From positions 67,394,001 to 67,458,000 of the forward strand of contig OY740792.1 in the NCBI GenBank assembly GCA_963514005.1: DNA of 64,000 nt, given 5' to 3'. The stretch is from Raja brachyura (lineage: Eukaryota). Each line of letters starts with the position of its first letter. Within the stretch, counting starts at the first letter, position 1. A program made the translations under genes and the position numbers. Below are positions 37,706 to 50,746 of the stretch, piece after piece. Below the pieces are notes generated by a model. The model did not search any database and had not been told where the DNA came from. It saw only the letters and a list, made by a program, of their open reading frames with translations.

Positions 37706-40700
37706 ATTTTACTTCGGAGTCACGTGAGTGACTACGTGAAGAAGCCCCGCCTGGCGCTGGATCGGCATTACGTCGACGGTATCGGCAGAGGAAGAGCTGC
37801 AGAGCGCAGCTCCAACACAGCGGTAAGGAAACGGCCCGCAGGTAAGTAAAATTATTTTACTTCCAGGGCGTTTTCTAAAAACTCCGTAGGCTGGTGGGTA
37901 AACCAGGAGGAGTTAAAATAAAAATAAAAATGTTTTAAAAAATCGCAGGTAAAACGTGCGTCCCGGGGTGTAGAAAAGTTGGGACAGCAGATTATTGCGG
38001 AGCTGGTTCCGATACCGGTGGCCGTTGAAATACCCGTTAGTGAGCCTTTGGTTGCTCCACAAACAAAAACTTTGAAAACCCAGTGCCTAAAATGTAAAAG
38101 GAATCTTGAAAGGCCTGAGGTTCTGAAAGATCCTGAAAGGAAAGCCTTTGGCTAAGTATGGATCTAATGGAGAAAATACTCCAAACAATATCAACCAAGG
38201 GTCTAAGTACCCAGAATATTCCCAGGCAGCCCCTGAGGGGGTTCCATATCATGAATATGGTGCCAGTTTGAATTGGGAATTGAAACTCCAGTGCCTGGGA
38301 TTGGGCTGGAGGAAGTCTCCTTGAACAAGTTTCAGGAGTACCAGGGCTGTATGAGACTGACCCTGAAAGTGGTATTTGTGGTCAGAAGTACCCACCACAA
38401 TACAAATCCAGGTGTGTCTGATGGGGCACAAAGTTACTATACCTGGAGGAGGCGGTGAGGCCATGGAAGGAAACCTGGTGGCCAATGTTAATTATATGGT
38501 CTCTCACCTGCCTCAAAAAAGCTGTTATGATTGAGACAGCAGATTTGGATTAAAACACCTATTTATTGTACCTCAAAGAAGGTACATATGGTGAATCCGG
38601 CTTTTTTGGGCGCCAATGTCAGCAATAATGCGGGCGCAGGAATTACGATTCAAAGAATCCTCAAGCTAATTTTGGCATCACTGTCTTTTGGAAGACAAGC
38701 TGGAAGGTTGTGGAATGACCAAAGTTCAGAATAAACATATGTTGGGCTTATTCTGCAACTCATTTTGAGATAAATTATATAAAATGGAAGATTGCCATTC
38801 GGCCTCTTTTACATCCAAGATTTTCAGGGTTGTGCAGGGCAAGCAATGTTCAAGCTCTTGGTTATTTATTCAGAGGAAATCTGTCTAAAAAATTAAAGAA
38901 ATGGATGAAGAGGCAAAAAATGTTGGCCTTGTGAAACCCTTCAGTTTGGCCAGAAAGGTTGGTCATATGAGAAGGGGATTTGATTTTGGAGCTGGAACGA
39001 GCCGAGGCAGGAGTATGATAAGGAAGAATTACCAGCCAGCACAGCTGAATGTACACCCATTTATTGGGAAAAGAGATCATTTCGTCCAGTTGGAGAGGTA
39101 CAAAAACTTTATCCTATTAAAGAAGGATATTTGGATGAACCTCAGATTGGTGGTAGACTCCGAATGTTTATAATGAAAGGGAGGTATGGATCCATTGGGA
39201 CACAATAAGCCTAATCATTCTTTGATGTTTCAGTCTTGAAAGAATTCAAATTGACAAAAGAGGTTAAGAATTTGTGTGAGAAAGGAGTTATTGAGAAACA
39301 AAAAGGAGAGGATCCACAACAATTGTATCAAATATTTTCCCCAGACCGAAGAAAGATGGGGGTTGTAGAATCATTTTAGATCTCACACAATTGAATACAT
39401 TTGACTAGTATAAACATTTTAAAATGGACACATTCAACACTGCAATGCAGCTGGTATCAACAGGTTGTTATATGGCTACAATAGATTGAAGGATGCATAT
39501 TTTCGGTCCCAATTCACCATAGTTTTGCAGGTAATTAAAGTTTATGGATGGGACAGCTGTGGCAATACAAAGCTTTGCCTAATGGATTAAGCCAGCACTT
39601 GCACTGCTAAGGGCACAAAAACACATCGTTATGGCTGATCTAGATGACATTTTAATTGTCAATGCTAATCAGGAGTCAGCTGGAAAATCAGTCTCAGCAA
39701 CTACAAGTTTGTTTGAGAAGTTGGGTTCCTGATCCATCCAACAAATCTAAGTTACAGCCATCCCAAACCATTGAATATCTGGGGTTTGTGATTAACTCAG
39801 TTACCATGTTGGTAACTTTACCAATGGATAAGGTGTTGGATTTGACAAATGTGTGTCAGAACCTGATTAACAAACCTTATCCCTCCATCCGAGAGGTTGC
39901 CAAGGTTATTGGTAAATTGGTAGCAGCATTTCCAGCAGTAGAGTTTGGTCCTCTACATTACCAAAATCTTCAAAGGGCAAAAACTCAAGCGCTTATTCAG
40001 CAAGCAGGCCATTTTGATAGGCCAATGCAATTGCCTAAGGAAGCTTTATCAGAATTACATTGGTGGATTGAGAATGTTCCACAAGCTGCTAAGAACATTT
40101 TAGTTCATCAGCCAGTAGTGTTTTTGCAAACTGACGCAAGTTCTCCCGGATGGGGGGCTACGGATAATGAGACCAGCTGTGGAGGCAGATGGGCTGTCCA
40201 AGAGGATTTTTTGCTCCAAACATATGGTATTAAATATTTGGAGCTACTGGGAGCATTTTATGGATTAAAAGCTTATTGCTCTTCATTAAAAGATTTGCAT
40301 GTCCAAGTACAAATAGATAATACCACAGCTGTGGTATATATCAATCACATGGGTGGCAGATCAATATCATGTGATCATCTGGTAAACCAGATGTGGCAAT
40401 GGTGTATGGCAAAAAATATTTGGCTTTCAGCTATTTATCTCTCAAGGAGAGACAATGTTGTGGCAGACAAAAGATCACGAATATTTAAAGACAATACAGA
40501 ATGGATGTTAATCCACAAATTTTCAAAATATTGTCAGTCGGTATGGAGTACCAGACATTGATCTGTTTGCATCTAGATTGAATCACCAATTGCCCAAATA
40601 CGTGTCTTGGGAACACGATCCAGGGGCAGTAGCGGTGGATGCTTTCTCGCTACACTGGGGGAATACGTTCTTTTATGCTTTTCCCCCATTCTGTCTCATT

Positions 40701-43339
40701 GGGCAATGTCTCAAGAACATAGCGCAAGACACTGCCAAAGGCATTTTGGTGGTGCCAAATTGGCCCACGCAGTCATGGTTCCCATTGATGCTAAAATGAT
40801 TATTGAACCATGTATGACAATTCCCAGTTGCGACAATCTGTTGACACAACCAGTAACAAAAGAAATTCAAGGTTCAAGGTTCAAGGTTAGTTTATTTGTC
40901 ACATACACCAATTGGTGTAGTGAAATGCTTCTTGCCATGCAGCACATAAAATAAAGAATACAGACACAACAATAATAAAGAGATTTAAACATAAAAACAT
41001 CCCCCCACAATGGTTCACATTATGAGGGAAGGCACAATGTCCAGTCCCAAACCCGTGTCCACCCATAGTCAGGCCTATTGAGGCCTCCACAGTTGCCTTC
41101 ACGGAGGCCCGATGTCCCAGGCCGTTCTCGCCGGGTGGTGGTACTCTCTGCGGCTTGGTACACGCGGAACGGCCGCTTCCCGCTCGAGTCCGCGGCTTCC
41201 AGAGCCGACAAGGCCGCGCTGAATGGAGCTCACCTCCGCTGGCTCCCGGTGTTAAAGTTAAAGTTCAGTGCTGCCGCCCGCAGCTGGCCGCTCCACGGAC
41301 CCGCAGCTCCGCGATGTTTGGCTCGGGCGGATCCAGCTCACCGGAGCTCCAGCGCGGCGACCCAGGCAAGGCATCGCCCGCTCCGCTCCGCCCCGCGATG
41401 GCGCTCCAGCGCTCCGCCGCTGCCGAAGCCGAGGCCCTGGACGGTCTCCTCGGGAAACGCCGCTCCAGGCCCGCTGGTAGGCCGCGAGGATCGGGTCAGA
41501 GATGCAGCCCGGAGAAAAGCTGCCTCTCCAACCAGGTAGGGACCCTGAAAAGTAGTTTCCCCCTTTCCCCCCCCCCCCCCCCCCCCCACTCACCCCCCAC
41601 ATAAAAAAGAATAGGCTCCAAACAAAAACACTTAACACACTAAAAAAAAAGAAAAGAAGAAAAGACATACGGCTGCAGGCTGGGCAGCCATACCACACAG
41701 GACGGCGCCCCCCTAGGAAGCCCCCTAGGAATTATGACCATTGCATGATCATATGAATTTGTTAATCTGCAGGTTCTGACCAGACCGTTGCAAGAGTTTG
41801 AACTGTCGGACAGGACCATGGATATTATAGATGCAGCTTGGAGGAATAGCACTAAAAAACAATATATGTCGCATATAAGGAAATGGGAAGATTTGTACAC
41901 AGTCAAAGATATCTAATCATACTGCAAACATTTCAAATGTATTGGAGTTCCTTGCTGGGTTACACTTTGATGAGCATTTGAGTTATAGTGCCATTAATTG
42001 TTCTCGTAGTGCATTGTCATCCTATTTAGGACAAATTTCGGATCGGGATTCAGTTGGGTCTCACCCATTAGTATCCCGATTCATGAAAGGAATTTTCAAT
42101 AAAAATCCTCCCAAGCCCAGATATACAGAAATTTGGGATGTTAGCATTGTTCTCACTTTGCTTAAACAATGGACTCCAATTAGTTCAATGTCTTTGCAGA
42201 AATTAACATTCAAGGTGGTAATGTTAATGGCATTGGTATCAGCTCAAAGAGTACAAACTTTGCAATTGTTACGGTTGGATTGCATGCATGTGACTACAGA
42301 TAACATTGTGTTTTATGTTTATGACTTGATCAAACAAAGCAGACCAGGAAGAACTGGAATGAAGGTAATGTTTAAAGCATATCCTATTGATGAAACATTG
42401 TGTGTAGTTAAGCATTTAACTCAAATACATTGAGGTAACCAAAAATCTCAGAGGTTCTGAGAAAGCATTATTGATAACACACAAAAAGCCACATACAAAA
42501 GTTTCAGTTCAAACCATTTCTAGATGGTTAAAACAGGTTTTGGGTCTGTGATGTGTTTAACACTGATGTGTTTAAATCTCACTCCACTAGGGCGGCAGCT
42601 ACGTCCGTGGCGAAGGTACAGGACGTACCACTCGATCAAATTTTAGAGGCCGCAGGGTGGTCTAGAGAAGAGATTTTTTCAAAGTTCTACAATAAACCTG
42701 TTGTCACGGTGCCAGGATTTGGACACGCAGTACTGGGTTCTCTTTAAATGCTTGCTTTGTTTTATATTATCGATTTATATTATCGATTTATGTTACCATT
42801 GACATCATTTATCAATTTATTTTGTCATTTTCCCCTGCGATAGAGGGGTTATTATTAAAAAAGTTGTTCTTTTTATGATTAAAGGACTTATTACATAAAT
42901 TGTAACAATGTCTTAAAATACTATTTACTCACTACTGTTTTGACTAAACAGAGAGTCGTATGAAATGAATTTACGACATAAAAAACACAGAGCTTTAAAA
43001 TCTTCACGTAGTCACTCACGTGACTCCGAAGTAAAATAGTGAGATTAAACGAGAATTTACCTGTTCGAAGTTTGATCTTTATTTTATGAGGAGTTACGAT
43101 GAGGGATTACGTGCCCTCCACTCCCAACCCTCATAATGTAAATGATCATCTGGTAGTTCTAGTCTATTTTGAGCCTTACTATTTTACTTCGGCTATTGGT
43201 TCTGTGTTTTTCATGCCGCTGCTTTGAAGTATGCCGATCCAGCGCCAGGCAGGGCTTCTTCACGTAATCCCTCATCGTAACTCCTCATAAAATAAAGATC
43301 AAACTTCGAACAGGTAAGTTCTCGTTTAATCTCACTATT
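37706..43339 (+). mobile_element. Full-length but mutated DIRS1-like tyrosine-recombinase retrotransposon (RT/RNase H, adenine-methyltransferase-like domain, YR, ITRs, ICR)
   Basis: RNase H TDAS/LEL/DN in 39656..40561; DLFASRLN...YAFPPF...VPNWPTQSWF; YR HSTRAAATS at 42553..42747; ICR 43001-43113 is complementary to both ends; ATT at both junctions. Confidence 0.93.
40868..41737 (-). mobile_element. GC-rich non-autonomous retroelement with (TTGAACC)n tail, inserted in the DIRS
   Basis: Interrupts the DIRS coding sequence (..VTKEI | ccattgcatgatcat..); tandem ttcaagg tail; related 5' end near 17400. Confidence 0.6.
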
Positions 43340-43802
43340 AGCCTTGTCTCCGCCTTGTGGCAAGAGATTGGGGTTATAGCAATGTTATAAAACTGAGTTA
43401 TTTTCGTTAAGAGTAATTGGCAATATAGCAGCTGTGTTGCAGCTGAGCAAATCAAGGAACTGATATTGTGTAAGTAGCAATTAGATCGTTGCTAACAGCC
43501 TTGTGCTATTGTCAGCTGAGGCTACTTCAGCAACAATGATGAAGTAACAGTATTCAGCATTGCTGAACATGACAATGACTCATTGAACTTGAAACTCGCT
43601 ACAGTAGTGTGGTCGGTTGAATTCAGTTATTATGAACTGATGTTTAGAACTCTAAGATGAGAAGTTCCAAATACCATCACCTACTCAAAGATAGTGGAGA
43701 TTGCATGAGTTACCAATTCTTCAGTTGTTGGTACCAACTAAATATATACACTAAATGCACCCATGAGTAAGGGGTTTTGAGCGAATATATGTATTCTACA
43801 TG

Positions 43803-45597
43803 GAACAAGGACATGGCAGACCAATTGAAGGAACAAGGACATGGCAGACCAATTGAATAACTACTTTGGTTCTGTCTTCACTAAGGAAGACATAAATAAT
43901 CTGCCGGAAATAGCAGTGGAACGGGGGTCAAATAAGATGGAGGAACTGAGTGAAATCCAGGTTAGCCGGGAGGTGGTGTTGGGTAAATTGAACGGATTGA
44001 AGGCCGATAAATCCCCAGGGCCAGATAGTCTGCATCCCAGAGTACTCAAGGAGGTAGCCACAGAAATAGTGGATGCATTAGTGATAATTTTTCAAAATTC
44101 CTTAGATTCTGGAGTAGTTCCTGAGGATTGGAGGGTAGCTAATGTAACCCCACTTTTTAAAAAAGGAGGGAGAGAGAAAGCGGGGAATTACAGACCAGTT
44201 AGTCTAACATCGGTAGTGGGGAAACTGCTGGAGTCAGTTATTAAAGATGGGATAGCAGCGCATTTGGAAAGTGGTGAAATCATTGGACAAAGTCAGCATG
44301 GATTTACGAAAGGTAAATCATGTCTGACAAATCTGATAGAATTTTTCGAGGATGTAACTAGTAGAGTGGATAAGGGAGAACCAGTGGATGTGTTATATCT
44401 AGACTTTCAGAAGGCTTTCGACAAGGTCCCGCATAAGAGATTAGCATACAAACTTAAAGCACACGGTATTGGGGGTTCAGTATTGATGTGGATAGAGAAC
44501 TGGCTAGCAGACAGGAGGCAAAGGGTAGGAGTAAACGGGTCCTTTTCAGAATGGCAGGCAGTGACTAGTGGGGTGCCGCAAGGCTCAGTGCTGGGACCCC
44601 AGCTATTTACAATATATATTAATGATTTGGACGAGGGAATTCAATGCAACATCTCCAAATTTGCAGATGATACCAAGCTGGGGGGTATAGTTAGGTGTGA
44701 GGAGGATGCTTGGAGGCTGCAGGGTGATTTGGATAGGCTGAGTGAATGGGCAGATGCATGGCAGATGCAGTACAATGTGGATAAATGTGAGGTTATCCAC
44801 TTTGGTGGCAAAAACATGAGGGTAGACTATTATCTGAATGGTGGCAGATTAGGTAAGGGGGAGATGCAACGAGACCTGGGTGTCATGGTACACCAGTCAT
44901 TGAAAGTAGGCATGCAGGTGCAGCAGGCAGTGAAGAAAGCAAATGGTATGTTAGCATTCATAGCGAAAGGATTTGAGTATAGGAGCAGGGAGGTTCTACT
45001 GCAGTTGTACAGGGTTTTGGTGAGGCCACACCTGGAGTACTGCGTACAGTTTTGGTCTCCAAATCTGAGGAAAGACATCCTTGCCATAGAGGGGGTACAG
45101 AGAAGATTCACCAGACTGATTCCTGGGATGTCAGGACTTTCATATGAGGAAAGATTGGATAGACTCGGTTTGTACTCGATGGAATTTAGAAGATTGAGGG
45201 GGGATCTTATAGAAACCTACAAAATTCTTAAGGGGTTGGACAAGCTAGATGCTGGAAGATTGTTCCCGATGTTGGGGGAGTCCAGAACAAGGGGTCACAG
45301 TCTAAGGATAAGGGGGAATTCCTTTAGGACCGAAATGAGGAAAACATTCTTTACACAGAGAGTGGTGAGTCTCTGGAATTCTCTGCCACAGAAGGTAGTT
45401 GAGGCCAGTTCATTGGCTATATTTAAGAGGGCGTTAGATGTGGCACTTGTGGCTAAAGGGATCAGGGGGTATGGAGAGAAGGCAGGTACGGGATACTGAG
45501 TTGGATGATCAGCCATGATCACATTGAATGGCGGTGCAGGCTCGAAGGGCCGAATGGCCTACTCCTGCACCTATTTTCTATGTTTCTATGTTTCTAT
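43803..45597 (+). mobile_element. Young 5'-truncated CR1 with an uninterrupted 552-aa RT frame
   Basis: ORF 43841..45499; tail (tttctatg)n; tandemly duplicated ~28-bp 5' end; the empty site tattctacatgctcaaattc is present in DIRS copy A. Confidence 0.95.
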
Positions 45598-47348
45598 GCT
45601 CAAATTCAAGTTGCTACTCTATGATGGTGATATATGTTAGTCACATGATAATCAAGGGATAAATATCCTGTAATTATCTCCTTGCCACTGGTGTATCATC
45701 CAGTTCAGATCGATGATAACACAGAATAAGTGTTGGATCTCGAAGTATAATGAAAGCATGGTTCAATACTTCATAGAATATTCATCATGTTAATGCATGT
45801 TTTTCACTCATTGCAAAAAATATGTGGCACAACAGTGCGGAGAAATACTTTCTCGCTTCAAAAGGAGGAATGGTCTTTATGTCTTCCTCATTTTTTGCCT
45901 CATTAGCCGGGTCTTAAAACAGTCAGTAAGACCTCGCTTGGGTTCATACTGTCGGACTGGCCAAGCATCCATTTTGACTGCTTCATCAGGCATTATGGCA
46001 CAATGGTGTACGGTTGTGCCAAAAAACAAGAACTTGCTGTTTGAAACTGTGGTTCAGGAGACCGGCATTTGCACAGTAAAACAATTATTGACCTACACAT
46101 TTTGAATGGATTGACTTTTTCCTCAGGTTGTCACATCAAGCCATGAAGGTGCTCACAGCTGCAACATAAGGGAACTACACTCTCGGGTCCAACCCGGATA
46201 TCGAGTTGTTAAAAGATCTTGACACAAGTTCTCCCACTAAAAGAGTATGCAGTTGGTTATTGAAAATGTGTGAACATTACTTCACCAAGGGGTTCCAGCT
46301 ACATCCTTAGTTATGACACTTATGTCAGCACAACGACGGCAAACATTGCAAACGTTGTGGCTAGATAGGATGGAATTGGCTGCAGGTGCCATTACATTTA
46401 CACTCTGGTCTACACAACCAGAGTAGACTGGGGGTAGCATGATTGAAGATCATTTGAACACCCCACGGTCTCACTTCTATTTTATCTAGGCCACCAGAAT
46501 CCTAAGAAGTATGGAATCAGCATTGTTTATTAGTTAACAAACAACTACACAAAGGAAGGTCGGTTCAGACGTTTTTTCATGGTGGCTGCAGCAGGTAGTG
46601 GGTTATACAGATATTAACACTGATGATTGTATATCTCATTCCACCAGGTCAATATCAATGTCAGTGTATCATTTAGATAGTGTGTTTACATCTTATTCCA
46701 CTAGGGCAGCAGCTACGTCGGCGGCCAAGGCGAGGGATGTGCCCTTCGACCATATTTTGGCAGCTGCCGGATGGGCAAATGAGCTGATGTTTCAGAATTT
46801 TTATCATCGGCCGATTGTCAATCCAGGACTGTTTGCCTATGCCATTTTAAGTATCTAAATTTAAGGGGTACTGTCATTTGTTTACATTGTTAAATAAACC
46901 CTATTTCTACATTTAATGCAATGTTACTACTAATGCATTTATTTCTCTTTTGAGTTAATCAATGCAGTGGGATGCCGAGATTTGTAATCTGCGGCATGAA
47001 ATCACAAAGCTTTGAACTCTTCACGGAATCACTCACATGACTCCGAAGTAAAATAGTAAGATTAAATGAGAACTTACCAGTTTGAAATTTGATCTTGATT
47101 TTATGAGTTACGTTGGTGATTACGTGCCCACCATGCCCAACCCTCTCTCATAAAGGATCATATGGTAGTTCTTGAGTCACTGATCTTACTATGTACTTCG
47201 GTGTTGTTTATTTGTGATTTCATACCGCTGCTTTGAAGTGTGGTGCGCATGCGGCCTGGCGGGCCTTCTTCACGTAATCACCAACGTAACTCCTCATAAA
47301 ATCAAGATCAAACTTCAAACTGGTAAGTTCTCATTTAATCTTACTATT

Positions 47349-48465
47349 GTTGGGTATTAATAGTGGAGTAGCAAGATGGATTCAACAGTGGCAGAATGGG
47401 AGATACCAGAGAGTAATAGTGGATAACTGTTTGTCAGGTTGGAGGCCGGTGACTAGTGGGATGCCTCAGGGATCTGTGTTGGGTCCACTGTTGTTTGTCA
47501 TATAGATCAACGATCTGGATGATGGTGTGGTAAATTGGATTAGTAAGTATGCAGATGATACTAAGATAGGTGATGTTGTGGATAATGAAGTAGATTTTCA
47601 AAATCTACAGTGAGATTTAGGCCATTTGGTAGAGTGGGCTGAAAAATTGAGTTTAATGCTGATAAGTGTGCGGTGCTACATCTTGGTAGGACAAATCAAA
47701 ATAGGACGTACATGGTAAATGGTAGTGAATTGAGGAATGCATTGGAACAGAGGGATGTAGTTCCCTCTGTGCATAGTTCCCTGAAGGTGGAATCTCATGT
47801 AGATAGGGTGGTAAATAAAGCTTTTGGTGTGCTGGCCTTTATAAATCAGAGCATTGAGTATAGAAGTTAGGATGTAATGTTAAAATTGTACAAGGCATTG
47901 GTGAGGCCAATTCTGGAATATGGTGTAAATATTGGTCGCCAAATTATAGGAAAGATGTCAACAAAATAGAGAGTACAGAGGAGGTTTACTGAAACGTTGC
48001 CTGGGTTTCAGCACCCAAGTTACAGAGAAAGGTTGAACAAGATAGGTCTTTATTCTTTGGAGTGCAGAAGGTTAAGGGGGGACTTGATGGAGGTCTTTAA
48101 AATTATGAGAGGGATAGACAGAGTTGACGTGGATAAGCTTTTTCCATTGCGAGTAGGGAAGATTCAAATAAGAGGACATGATTTGAGAATTAAGGGACAA
48201 AGGTTTAGGGGTAACATGAGGGGGAACTTCTTTACTCAGAGAGTGGTAGCTGTGTGGAATGAGCTTCCAGTGTAAGGGGTGGAGGCAGGTTCGATTTTAT
48301 CATTTAAAAATAAATTGGATAGGTATATGGACGGGAAAGGAATGGAAGGTTATGGTCTGAGTGCAGGTAGATGGGACTAGGGGAGAATGAGTGTTCGGCA
48401 TGGACTGGAGGGGCTGAGAGGGCCTGTTTCCGTGCTGTAATTGTTATATGGTTATATGTGGTTAT
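47349..48465 (+). mobile_element. CR1 3' fragment, degenerate
   Basis: ORF remnants 47673..47870 and 47997..48275; same family as 27715-29645. Confidence 0.9.
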
Positions 48466-48989
48466 ACCGCTGGATTCCAGTCCGTCGCGTCCGCATGAAC
48501 CAATGGCCAGCAGCGTCACCATCTTTGAGGAGGGCGGCCCTGGCCCTGGCCCTCCCCCGGGTGAAGCGCGGGGATGGATGGTTCCAGAGCACCAGGCACC
48601 GCTGCAACTACAACTGCACTTTTACATCAGTGGAACCACATCCACCAATCCAACTAACCTTTTGCCCAGTTCCGAGTTTTTGCAAAGAAATGTAGATGAC
48701 GGGAGAATAAAACCGCCCGTGGGCCGGATTATTTCAGTTTATGGGCCGAATGCGGCCCGCGGGCCGTAGGTTACTGACGCCTGCCTTTCACGTTGGAATA
48801 TTTTCCTCGCTGTGGGCTGCGCCCACGCAGATTGGTTTCCTCTCCTGTCAGTCAACGCCAGGTGAGACGGGCTCCACGGGTGACTGACAGCTGACGTGGC
48901 CAATCAGTGCAGCGATGGTGCAAAAAGGGGGTTTGCCTTCCCGGCCATGACTGACAGGAGAGGAAAGCAATCTGCGAGGCAGTGACTGA

Positions 48990-50746
48990 CATTACAGCCT
49001 TATTTTTAAATTGATTAAATTCATTTTTCTATCATCAATCTACACACAATATCCTAGAATGAAGAAGCAAAACCAGGTGTTTAGAAATTTATGCAAAGTA
49101 ATTGAAAATAAATAACTGAAATATCACATTTACGTAAGTATTCATACCCTTTACTGTGACACTCAAAATTAAGGTTAGGTTCATCCTGTTTCCATTGATT
49201 ATCCTTGAGATGTTTCTACAACTAGATTGGACTCCACCATCATTAAATTGATTGGACATGGTTTGGAAAGGCACACACCTGTCTATATAAGGTCCCACAG
49301 TTGACAGTGTATGTCAGAGCAAAAACCAAGCCATGAAGACGAAGGAATTGTCCATAGATCTCCAAGACAGGATTGTGTCGAGACACAGATCTGGGGAAGG
49401 GTTGTGAATTTATGGAATTCCCTGCTACAGAGGGCAGTGGAGGCCAAATCACTGGATGTATTTAAGAGAGTTAGATAGAGCTCTAGGGGCTAGTGGAGTC
49501 AAGGGATATGGGGAGAAAGCAGGCATGGGTTATTGATAGGGGATGATCAGCCATGATCACAATGAATGGCGGTGCTAGCTCGAAGCGCCGAACGGCCTCC
49601 TCCTGCACCTATTTTCTATGTTTCTAAAACAATTTCTGCAGCATTGCAGGTCCCGAAGAGCACAGTGGCCCCCGTCATTCTTAAATGAAAGAACATTGGA
49701 ACTACCAGGACTCTATGGAGCTGGACGCCCGGGGAGAAGGGCCTCGGTCATGGAGGTGACCAACTACCCAATGGTCTCTCTGACAGAGCTCCAGAGTTCC
49801 TCTGTGGAGGTGGGAGAACGTTCCAGAAGGACAACTATATCTGCAGCACTCCACCAATCAGGCCTTTAAGGTAGAGTGGCCAGACGGATGCCACTCCTCA
49901 GTGAAAGGCATATGACAGCCCTCTTGGAGTTTGCCAAAAGGCATGAGAAACAAGATTCTCTGGTCTGATGAAGCCGAGATTGAACTCTTTGGCCTGAATG
50001 CCAAGCGTCACGTCTGGAGGAAACCAGGCACTGCTCATCATATGAGCAATACCATACCTACGGTGAAGCATGGTGGTGGCAGCATCATGCTGTGGGGATG
50101 TTTTTCAGCAGCAGGAACTGGGAGACTAGTCAGGATCGAGGGAAAGATGAACGGAGCAAAGTACAGAGAGATCCTTGATGAAAACCTGCTCCAGAGCGTT
50201 CTGGATCTCAGACTGGGGCGAAGGTTCACCTTCCAACAGGACAACGACCCTAAACACACAGCCAAGACAACGCAGGAGTGGCTTTGTGACAAGTCTGTGA
50301 ATGTCCTTGAGTGGCCCAGCCAGAGCCCGGACTTGAACCCGATCGAACATCTCTGGAGGGACCTGAAAATAGCTCAGCATCGACGCTCCCCATCCAACCT
50401 GACAGAGCTTGAGAGGATCCGCAGAGAAGAATGGGAGAAATTACCTAAATGCAGGTGTGCCAAACTTGTAGCGTCATACCCAAGAAGACCTGAGGCTGTA
50501 ATCGTTGCCAAAGGTGCCTCAAGAAAGTACTTACTGAAGGGTCTGAATACTTATGTAAATGTGATATTTTAGTTATTTCTTTTTAATTACTTTGCAAAAA
50601 TTTCCAACACCTGTTTCCGCTTGTTTATTATGGGGTATTTTGTGCAGATTGATTATTTAAAAAAACATAATCCATTTAAAAATAAGGCTGTAATGTAACA
50701 AAATGTGGAAAAAGTGTAGCAGTCTGAATACTTTCTGAATGCACTG
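48990..50746 (+). mobile_element. Tc1 (DD34E) DNA transposon, defective; CR1 3' fragment inserted at about 49400-49626
   Basis: WSDE, QQDND and SPDLNPIE with 34 residues between D and E; long inverted repeats (about 48990-49150 and 50540-50746); right end ...cactg|TA; left outer end missing. Confidence 0.93.

Larger units (their letters stand above)
37081..47348 (+). mobile_element. Degenerate/non-autonomous DIRS (copy B), 5'-truncated, hosting two nested insertions
   Basis: Homologous to copy A; YR remnant 46598..46858 (HSTR/YSTRAAATS...GW); ICR at about 47018-47127 and right terminus at about 47240-47348. Confidence 0.85.

Noticed and set aside
41078-41698. Overlapping 146-153-aa GC-rich ORFs
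   Set aside because: Lie within a GC-rich retroelement insertion, open in several frames, no domain features
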